Positions 39,628-47,506 of a stretch of 64,000 nucleotides of DNA are shown here, one piece after another. Under the pieces are notes generated by a model. The model made no database searches and was not told where the DNA came from. It worked only from the letters and a program-made list of their open reading frames with translations. Position numbers and translations under genes: made by a program. Position 1 is the first letter of the stretch; each line of letters opens with the position of its first letter. Source of the stretch: Candidatus Latescibacterota bacterium (GTDB taxonomy: Bacteria > Latescibacterota > UBA2968 > UBA8231); the NCBI GenBank assembly GCA_965204725.1, contig OZ242005.1, positions 4,384,001 to 4,448,000 of the forward strand, given 5' to 3'.

Positions 39628-40440
39628 ATGGTGCGCTCGCACATCTTAAAAGGATTTTCGGACTTGGAGTCGGCATTGTGGGTCCACAAATATCACCCTG
39701 GACTTAAAACAATTCGGAAAATGGTCAAAACCGCTTCGGAAAATGGATACACAGTAACGGATACAGCGCGTTATGAAGCGGTTCAGCTATTAAGCGAATG
39801 GGGATTAGCGGATGGAAAAAGCAGGTCATTAACTCCCGAGGGCGAGGCTTTCTATTCCTTGTGGGAAACGAAACGAAGTACCGCAATTGATTTTCTGCAC
39901 GCACGGCAATACGGTCTATGGACACAAAACGCCCCTGACCAAAACATTGCGTCGTGGGCGTACAAAAATATCTGTGACTACCTGTGGGTACGGCAAACGC
40001 TTCCGGGAGATCGGGATCTGGTGGCTTATATACATGACCTCCGAGCCTCTGACGAAGTGGTGATTCCACCGGACATCGGCAATGCGTTCTCCAATAAATC
40101 GATCAATGACGCTTACGATTGGCTCCTGCCGTTAGACCCGCCTGTATTAGAGAAGGACAGCGCGACGTTTGCACAACGGCCATTCTGTTCAACACCACTT
40201 TTTGTGATGGGGCTCGGTTATCTCGTGCGAGAATCCGATACGGCATTTGGGGATTTGGTTAAAATTGACGAAGCGCGAAAACAGGCCATCTGTCGCTTCT
40301 GTCTTATTGACGAAACCGGTTTCGATCTCATGCTTGACGAGGCATTGCGCCAAGTCTCGTACCTTTCGGTGCAACGGAGTTGGGAAGGAATTTACATGGT
40401 GTTGCATCAGGCACCGCAAATCGAAGATTTCATAGATTAA
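39628..40440 (+). CDS. Uncharacterised 270-aa island protein (possibly BrxA/DUF4007-like winged helix)
   Basis: GGAGG RBS before ATG 39628; LSEWGLAD...LTPEGEAF resembles a winged-helix wing. Family call is weak. Confidence 0.5.
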   Translation: MVRSHILKGFSDLESALWVHKYHPGLKTIRKMVKTASENGYTVTDTARYEAVQLLSEWGLADGKSRSLTPEGEAFYSLWETKRSTAIDFLHARQYGLWTQNAPDQNIASWAYKNICDYLWVRQTLPGDRDLVAYIHDLRASDEVVIPPDIGNAFSNKSINDAYDWLLPLDPPVLEKDSATFAQRPFCSTPLFVMGLGYLVRESDTAFGDLVKIDEARKQAICRFCLIDETGFDLMLDEALRQVSYLSVQRSWEGIYMVLHQAPQIEDFID

Positions 40441-40469
40441 TAAGGATAAGAAAATAATCTACAAACGAA

Positions 40470-41003
40470 ATGCGTTGGCAATCTTATCATAGGAAACTTC
40501 TCGCATTAGCGGAAACTAACGAGACTTTGACGGCCTCCCAGCAGGTGGTCTGTCAATTTTTGCAACAGGAGATTAGAGACTACCAGCAACGCATTGATCT
40601 CTGGGGTGCTCCGGGCGTTGGCAAGACGTTTCTCGCGCACCATCTCCATCACTGTGCAGACGGTCTCTATTTTTCGTCTGTAGAAACTTGTTCACACACA
40701 GAAGTTTCCCCAAATTCGGTGGTTATCATTGACAACGCACCGCATGACCGAAGTTCAGCGCGGTCAATTTTCGGGGACATGCTTTGGGCAGGTGCGTCGT
40801 CGGTCATTTTGGTGACACGCCAACCCATCAACGATGCGGTTCGGAGCGTTGAATTGGGCTTAACAGTTCAGGAATTGGCACAAGTTGAGGATGTGATGCG
40901 TAGGATTTTCGGCCATTTCCCGCCCGATGACCTGCGCGATGTTGACCACCTCCGTTGTGAAATTTGGCAACGGCTTAAAATTCTCGCGGAACGAAAATTA
41001 TAA
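40470..41003 (+). CDS. Small P-loop NTPase (BrxB/BrxF-like role inferred from position)
   Basis: Walker A GAPGVGKT, Walker B VVIIDN. Confidence 0.7.
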   Translation: MRWQSYHRKLLALAETNETLTASQQVVCQFLQQEIRDYQQRIDLWGAPGVGKTFLAHHLHHCADGLYFSSVETCSHTEVSPNSVVIIDNAPHDRSSARSIFGDMLWAGASSVILVTRQPINDAVRSVELGLTVQELAQVEDVMRRIFGHFPPDDLRDVDHLRCEIWQRLKILAERKL

Positions 41004-41018
41004 AAAGGAGATTCTGAT

Positions 41019-44000
41019 ATGGCTTTAGCCGAAATCATCCGAAAAAGCACTGTGGTCGATACACCACGTGCGTCAGACCTCGCGACGAGGCCAGCGGAAT
41101 GGACAGATATCTTTCAATTTCACGTCTCGACGCATGTCGCGATAGCCGATATGACAGATAAGTGGGATGCGATTCTCAAAAACCTCCTGCGCGGCCGTTC
41201 GGCAACAGGACTCATCCACGCCGATACGGGTTACGGCAAAACCTCGACCGCAGCCGCGCTTTGGCATTATGCGGAACAACGCGAGATTGTCGCGGTTCCG
41301 CCATTTGTGTGGAATAGCATCGCCGACATGCTCATTGCAACTCACGGGTGGGTCTGCCATCGCTTGAAGGCGAAGAGACCGGATCTGATTCTTGGTTTAG
41401 TGGAGCAGTATGAGAGGCTGATTGCGAGTAGTGACGAAGACAGGGCGGTTAAAATAAGCCAAGAGCAAGATGTTCCGCTCGATTATGCCAGAAAGTCTGT
41501 CCAGTCCCTCAAAGCGCAGGGCGATCTAATGGATGCGGTTTCTGCAAATCGCCTCATTGACTACTTGCGAATGGCGACTTCAACTCTTTTGGAGGCGGAA
41601 TACAAAGGGTTGCTCATTCTGCCAGATGAGTTCGAGCTTTTTGCCGATACGAATCCAGACATCGCCAAGAATTTCGCGGAACTCAAGGACTTTATCTTTC
41701 CCATTTTCCAAGAAGATAGCCTTCCAATAGGCTGCGTGGTTTTGACCTACAGCCGAACATTTTCCGATATCCAACTCAGAGCACCTTACATATTTGCCCG
41801 ATTCGACAAGCCTGAAGGGAGTTTGATCGATCTTGAGCAAGCATACGGAAAAATTGAAGAAAACAGGTCCTTCGCTCACGAACTTTGGGAGAAGTTATCC
41901 GTTGGATGTAACCTAACCGACGAGGAGCAAAAGGCAATTGATCCAGATGTGCTGTTTGCCCTCGGGCAATTTTTGGGACACCCGCGTACGCCCCAACTGA
42001 TTAGCGGCCCTCGGTCTGTCGTTGCAACGTTTCGCCGTGCCGCAAAACACTACGGTGAAAAAAAACAGCCTTATTCCATTTTCGATTTTTGCGAAGACTA
42101 TATCTCTCAAGGTCTCATTTGTTTCAACAACCAAGAAATCGACGCGGTCAAAGCGCATACCTCTATCATGAGCCAGCCCATCATTGGTGCTGATGAGGCA
42201 CGACAGCGTGTTGTTAAACTGCTGTGCGTCTGTCCAGATGGCGTACCGGAGGAATTTTTTAGGAAGCACGGTATTTCCGATGAAGATCGCTTGGCGGTTG
42301 TCCAAGGGTTGTTGGGCACACACGTCATTACGAAAATCATTGGGCCGGCCTTAACCGGCTACAAGGATGATTTGCAAGCCGGTGACGCGCTCATCGAGAT
42401 TCTCAAAATTCTGCGGAGTCAGTACAATCCCGCGAGTGAAGAAACCCATCGCGCCGCTGTCAGATCATTTGCGAATTACATTTTGCCCGAAGTTCTTCAA
42501 CAACGCACGGGAGCTGCTCACACGGGTTGGAGAGATCTGGAAAAGACGGAGGGGGATATAGAACCGATTTTTCAGGCTCGACTCACAGGGACGTCTCTTC
42601 GGGATTATCCGCAACGGACTCTGACTGTGCATGTTGGAACCGAGAAATTTCAAAAAATTAGTCCTGCCTACCGAGAGAGCCAGTTGTTCACTTCTTTTAT
42701 TTTTCGGACTCAAGGTGAATCATCGAGTCATAGTCCAAACACCTGTGATATTCGCGCAGATGGTCTCTACTTTAGCCTCAACATCTCCAAAGCAATCGGC
42801 AACCGGGAAATTCCAAAAGATATTGGCAAACTCGGCGACCTTTTTTTGCCAGAGTCCGTTACCCCTTCGCTACTCCTGTCTATGCTTGACTTCTTTGACC
42901 AAGAAACGACTATCGCCAAAATCAAGGAGCTAAAACAGGAAACACATGTAAAGCTCTTGAAGTCCCGAATCCGAGACCAACTGATCGGCTACTTCTTTTC
43001 CGCTGAGGTCAAGACGAGTGCCGAATCACAGCAGGCAGATTTGGCACAAGTACCTGCAGGGAAAAATTTTGTCGAACGGGCCTTGGGCGTACTGATAAAG
43101 AAAAAATTCAAATCATATCGCTCTGTCGCAGTCTCACACCAATGGCAAAAGAATTTGGGAATCTACATGCAGGCATTGTCGAGAAATGCCGAAAGTCTCG
43201 GCATGCGGCGCGGTGAGGAACCTACTAGAGAGATGACTGCTAGCGAAGTACCAAGGCTGTTCAATGTTGGTCAGCACACCACTTTTGCCCATACGCTCTA
43301 CCCAAACGGTGTTTTGCGCGATCTCTTGCTCGTCAATGAAACTGACGCCAATGGCAAAACCATAGCGGAAGGCGTTGAAGTTAAAAATAACCAAAGTCCA
43401 GTCGTGGTCTATTTTAAGCTACATGACGTGGAAAAGCGCGTTCTAGAAATGCTTGAAGCAAGCACGGAAAGCATTGACGTTGATGGTAACTCGGTCAACG
43501 CAGTGAAATACCACGAGGTTTTCCAACAGGAAGAGAGCCTGGGATACCTCAATACTGAGATTGAAGAGTTAATCAAGTTATTGACGACAAGGGGCTTGGT
43601 CGATAAAAGACAGTATCGAGGGATGGATTATCTGTATCGTGTTGAGACGGAGATCAATTTGGCCGAACTGCAACGCAGGTTCAACCGACTCAAGGATCTT
43701 GAGGCACTGGCAAAATCAAAAGACTTCGACTTCACACTGAAAATAGACGGGGATCACTCTTTTGAATCAGTGCAGGCAGATTTCCGAATAAACGACATTG
43801 GGGCCAATGAAGTCCGCAAGGATTCACTGCGGCAAAAGCTCAATTCGATTGAGAACGCTTTCAAGACACAGTGTACGGAGTGGCTAATGAAAGCCCAAGA
43901 GGAACTCAGTCGAAAAGCCCGAGAGATCGAAATATTGAGGTTGGATCCGCCGAATGTACTGAAGCAAGAAACCGGACACCCGGCAACCGAGTTCTCAGTC

Positions 44001-45122
44001 CTACTATTTCAGGATATACGCAATGAGATTCGGAAGGCTTACAGTGCTATTCCCCAAGAAATAGACAAAGTTAAAAAACAAGCACAAGCAATCCTCAATA
44101 AGAAGATACAAGAATATCTGTCCAACCAAATCCCTGAAAAGGCGATTACAGTGGCGGCAGATTTTCGCGGTTCCATGCAGACGATTGACAAAGAGATCGA
44201 AGCACTCCGAGAGGAGCGTTCAGAAGCTGAACTGCTTTATGAGTTATTTGAAAAATGGCGCAACCTCGCTAGAGATGTTGAGCGTAATCGACTGACGATG
44301 ACAGATGCCCAAGAGATTGATGGGGTAAAAAGTCTCTGTGATAGGCTGGACGAGGAACAGAAGCGGATTAAACGCTATCTTGCGGATCGGACGAAAACTG
44401 TCAAGCAGGTTCTGGAAAACTACGAGTACTTTTTCAATCAAATTGCCGCGATCAAGGGCGAATTTGACCAAGTCTCTGAACGCCGCAAAGATGAGTTTAT
44501 CCGGTTTCAAGCCGATATTGAAGACCAACTCCGTCAACTCATTGACAAACCCGATATTGGCGAACAATTCAATCCCAACGACGTAGAAGGATCGTACAGC
44601 CGAGTCCGCGAAAAAGCGGTTGGGAAGATTCAGGAATTTGTCATCAAATCCGCAATTCAGCGTATTACAGAACTGAAAAGCGAATTGATGAAACCGCTTG
44701 AGGTTTTTACCGTCAGTGACCAGATCAAAAATCAGGCAAAGGAAATGAGCGACGCGTTATATGCTTTGGAGGAGAGGATCAACGAGATGAACGTTGGTCT
44801 GAAACCCGATGACGTTAATGACCTGTTGTCTGCATGGGTGGAATCGCTCAAGTCTATTCGTGAGGCGGGAAATGAGGTTTTCACAAAATGGGAAGGCATT
44901 CAAGATCAACTCAGATGTGACAAAAGTGAGTTGGGTCCGAAGGAAGTAGTGCTGCTGGATATGATTGAAGCTAATGCGGATAAGGATTTCACAGAACTGA
45001 TTATCGATCTCAGGCAGTCAAAAAATAAAGTGTTCGGTTCGACTTCAGAGATCATTGAGAGTCTTGAAGAGTTATATCAACGCAATTGGTTGAACATCAA
45101 AATCTCACGAACGATAGGATAG
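41019..45122 (+). CDS. Large BrxC/PglY-like ATPase with C-terminal coiled coil
   Basis: Walker A ADTGYGKT, Walker B LLILPDEFE, GPRSVV motif; the last ~450 aa are heptad-rich; AAGGAG RBS. Confidence 0.7.
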   Translation: MALAEIIRKSTVVDTPRASDLATRPAEWTDIFQFHVSTHVAIADMTDKWDAILKNLLRGRSATGLIHADTGYGKTSTAAALWHYAEQREIVAVPPFVWNSIADMLIATHGWVCHRLKAKRPDLILGLVEQYERLIASSDEDRAVKISQEQDVPLDYARKSVQSLKAQGDLMDAVSANRLIDYLRMATSTLLEAEYKGLLILPDEFELFADTNPDIAKNFAELKDFIFPIFQEDSLPIGCVVLTYSRTFSDIQLRAPYIFARFDKPEGSLIDLEQAYGKIEENRSFAHELWEKLSVGCNLTDEEQKAIDPDVLFALGQFLGHPRTPQLISGPRSVVATFRRAAKHYGEKKQPYSIFDFCEDYISQGLICFNNQEIDAVKAHTSIMSQPIIGADEARQRVVKLLCVCPDGVPEEFFRKHGISDEDRLAVVQGLLGTHVITKIIGPALTGYKDDLQAGDALIEILKILRSQYNPASEETHRAAVRSFANYILPEVLQQRTGAAHTGWRDLEKTEGDIEPIFQARLTGTSLRDYPQRTLTVHVGTEKFQKISPAYRESQLFTSFIFRTQGESSSHSPNTCDIRADGLYFSLNISKAIGNREIPKDIGKLGDLFLPESVTPSLLLSMLDFFDQETTIAKIKELKQETHVKLLKSRIRDQLIGYFFSAEVKTSAESQQADLAQVPAGKNFVERALGVLIKKKFKSYRSVAVSHQWQKNLGIYMQALSRNAESLGMRRGEEPTREMTASEVPRLFNVGQHTTFAHTLYPNGVLRDLLLVNETDANGKTIAEGVEVKNNQSPVVVYFKLHDVEKRVLEMLEASTESIDVDGNSVNAVKYHEVFQQEESLGYLNTEIEELIKLLTTRGLVDKRQYRGMDYLYRVETEINLAELQRRFNRLKDLEALAKSKDFDFTLKIDGDHSFESVQADFRINDIGANEVRKDSLRQKLNSIENAFKTQCTEWLMKAQEELSRKAREIEILRLDPPNVLKQETGHPATEFSVLLFQDIRNEIRKAYSAIPQEIDKVKKQAQAILNKKIQEYLSNQIPEKAITVAADFRGSMQTIDKEIEALREERSEAELLYELFEKWRNLARDVERNRLTMTDAQEIDGVKSLCDRLDEEQKRIKRYLADRTKTVKQVLENYEYFFNQIAAIKGEFDQVSERRKDEFIRFQADIEDQLRQLIDKPDIGEQFNPNDVEGSYSRVREKAVGKIQEFVIKSAIQRITELKSELMKPLEVFTVSDQIKNQAKEMSDALYALEERINEMNVGLKPDDVNDLLSAWVESLKSIREAGNEVFTKWEGIQDQLRCDKSELGPKEVVLLDMIEANADKDFTELIIDLRQSKNKVFGSTSEIIESLEELYQRNWLNIKISRTIG

Positions 45123-45127
45123 CGATT

Positions 45128-46255
45128 ATGCTAGACCTTTTAGAGAATCTTCCCTGTATAACCGACCTGCCAGAAACGACGCTAGGGCTGTGGGAAATAT
45201 GCCTGTCTGATATTTGGTGTCCCAATTCGCTGGCAGAATGGCGAGGTGTTGTTGATGCACCACGGGAAGTTCCCACAAAGGCGACGCTTTTTGTGAATTT
45301 TTCAGAGGCTGAAAGTAAAGAATTGACGGACACTTTCGGTTTCCCTACGATTGATCTCCCGGCGGTTCCCCCAATCGAATGGGTAAATCAGAAATTGCCC
45401 GACCGTTTTAGTGCCTTGTGTACAGATGAATCGAAACTCTTAAAACAATCACAACTCGCCCAAACCGTTACAGATCGCGTATCATACATGCTTCCCGACA
45501 TTGTTGTTTTTATGGTACTCGATGGGCTGTCATCGTATGATGTCACAGACTGGTCATTCCCAGAACCTTGGCGTGTAGTGTGTGAGCCGTGTCTTGTTGA
45601 TGGACTAAGTGTCACAACAAACAGTATGTGTCGATTGATCGGATCACCACCTTTAACGCATCGTTTGTTTGAGTTAGGGTACGTACAGCGACTTGGCTTT
45701 TCATATTGGGAACGCTCTCGAAACCAACTTACCAACGTACTCTTTTCTGAATTTCCACCAAGCCAACTGTTTCGCTTCACAACCTTTGAAGAGATTTTAG
45801 ATAGATTGCAGAATACGGACTTACCTAATCGAACTTTCATCCAAATCGTCCGCACAGGACTCGATGGAGTCTGCCATAGTCATAGAGAAAAGCCGAATAT
45901 AGATATTATGCTTAACCAGCTTAAATTGGATATTGAACAAATTTTTGAAGCAGTTGGCTCATCTCAGAAAGTCGTGCGGATTTTTGTAACTAGCGACCAT
46001 GGAATTCTTTGGTTCACAGAACAAAAAGTGAAGCCGTTTAAGTCGGGCAGTACTTCTCCCCGTTACACTTATGCGAACCCCTCATCTGACGTGTCTGGAA
46101 TCACTATTGCTGAAGCTGGAGAGACGTTTACAGTCTTAACAGGCGATGAAGTCATCGCTAGAAACCGAAAGGTGACGGAATGGGGATTTCATGGCGGAGT
46201 TTCTGCACAAGAGTCTTTTATTCCGTTATTCGACATTACCCTAAATAGTAGGTGA
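45128..46255 (+). CDS. PglZ-like alkaline-phosphatase-superfamily protein
   Basis: VFMVLDGLS, SVTT nucleophile region, LDGVCH, VTSDHG, FHGGVSAQESFIP. Confidence 0.85.
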   Translation: MLDLLENLPCITDLPETTLGLWEICLSDIWCPNSLAEWRGVVDAPREVPTKATLFVNFSEAESKELTDTFGFPTIDLPAVPPIEWVNQKLPDRFSALCTDESKLLKQSQLAQTVTDRVSYMLPDIVVFMVLDGLSSYDVTDWSFPEPWRVVCEPCLVDGLSVTTNSMCRLIGSPPLTHRLFELGYVQRLGFSYWERSRNQLTNVLFSEFPPSQLFRFTTFEEILDRLQNTDLPNRTFIQIVRTGLDGVCHSHREKPNIDIMLNQLKLDIEQIFEAVGSSQKVVRIFVTSDHGILWFTEQKVKPFKSGSTSPRYTYANPSSDVSGITIAEAGETFTVLTGDEVIARNRKVTEWGFHGGVSAQESFIPLFDITLNSR

Positions 46256-46260
46256 TTCAA

Positions 46261-47469
46261 ATGGCAGAGATCAACTTGCGAATTGGCACTGAATACGAAA
46301 ACGGCGAACTAATTTATATGAACGCAACAGGGTCACGCGCCGTATTCATTTGCGGCAAGCGTGGTTCTGGCAAAAGCTACACGATGGGCGTCATCATCGA
46401 AGAACTGTTCAACCAAGAACAAGGCGAGGCAACAATTATCATCGCCGATCCGATGGGGATCTACCACACGATGGCTCTCCCGAACCACACTCAAGCAGAT
46501 GAAGTTCGTCATGCCGGATTCCTTACCAGCGGCTTTCCAGTTCGGCTCATTGTCCCTGGCGACCCCTTGGTTCGATACGGAGATGCAGTGGTGTTGGCGA
46601 AACTGCGAGAGAACGGCGTCGAGGTTGTTCCGCTCCAAATTAACGCCGCAGACCTCTCTCCCGAGGCTTGGTGCGAACTATTTGACATCAGCATGAACGA
46701 AGTGATGGGGATCATTTTGTGGCGAGCAGTTGATACACTTCTCGAAAAAGACCAGCATTTTACTATTGATGACATCCTTGCGGCAATCGAGAGCGATCCA
46801 AGAGCAAAAGATACCTCTAAAGAAGCTTTGGAAAACCGTTTAACGGCGGCGAATAGATGGGGAATCTTCTCAGAAGACCCCACCTCATTGAATGACGTGT
46901 TTCTCTTGAACCAGATCAATGTTTTAGACCTAAGTGTGATTGATGCGGGTACAAAAGGACTACGCAACATGGTGCTTGACGTTGTAGCCCATCGTCTTTT
47001 TTCTGAACGAACACGAGAAAGACGTAGAGAAGAATTTGGTTTGTCAACGAAGCTACCACGGGTTTGGCTGGCGATTGATGAAGCCCATCAATTTGTGCCG
47101 AAAGGACGAGCCTCGCTCTGCAAGGAAATGCTCATTCGTTGGGTAAAGGAGGGACGGCAACCCGGTCTCAGCCTCGTCGTAGCGACGCAACAGCCGGCCG
47201 CGATTGATCCTGAACTGTTATCACAATGCGACGTCATTGTCGCGCACAAAATTACAACTTGGGACGACATCAATGCACTTGACCGACTGAGTGCAACATA
47301 CATGGCGGGAGACTTAAAGGGCTATATTCGCAACTTGAATCGCAGGGGTGAGGCTCTACTGGTTGATGATGAAACCGAGTCTGTTACGACAATTCGAGTC
47401 CGCCCGCGATTTAGTTCGCACGGCGGTGCTGAAATTCAAGAGAAGACTGTGAGGAAATTTTTATTTTAG
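46261..47469 (+). CDS. HerA/FtsK-family (DUF87-like) ATPase
   Basis: ICGKRGSGKSYT, DPMG, LAIDEAHQFVP, KEGRQPGL, VATQQP, LSQCD. Confidence 0.88.
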   Translation: MAEINLRIGTEYENGELIYMNATGSRAVFICGKRGSGKSYTMGVIIEELFNQEQGEATIIIADPMGIYHTMALPNHTQADEVRHAGFLTSGFPVRLIVPGDPLVRYGDAVVLAKLRENGVEVVPLQINAADLSPEAWCELFDISMNEVMGIILWRAVDTLLEKDQHFTIDDILAAIESDPRAKDTSKEALENRLTAANRWGIFSEDPTSLNDVFLLNQINVLDLSVIDAGTKGLRNMVLDVVAHRLFSERTRERRREEFGLSTKLPRVWLAIDEAHQFVPKGRASLCKEMLIRWVKEGRQPGLSLVVATQQPAAIDPELLSQCDVIVAHKITTWDDINALDRLSATYMAGDLKGYIRNLNRRGEALLVDDETESVTTIRVRPRFSSHGGAEIQEKTVRKFLF

Positions 47470-47506
47470 CGTCTAATTCACGTCTCCTATCTCCGAAAGG
47501 CTTTCC

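Larger units (their letters stand above)
35848..47469 (+). other. AT-richer seven-gene island; putative BREX-related defence operon
   Basis: Abrupt change in base and codon usage versus flanks (by eye); seven co-oriented genes overlapping or under 30 nt apart; PglZ plus large ATPase core. Confidence 0.8.

Noticed and set aside
32284-47506. tRNA-Glu as the integration site of the island
   Set aside because: The island begins ~3.5 kb away beyond host-like genes; I saw no integrase, duplicated tRNA 3' end or flanking direct repeats.
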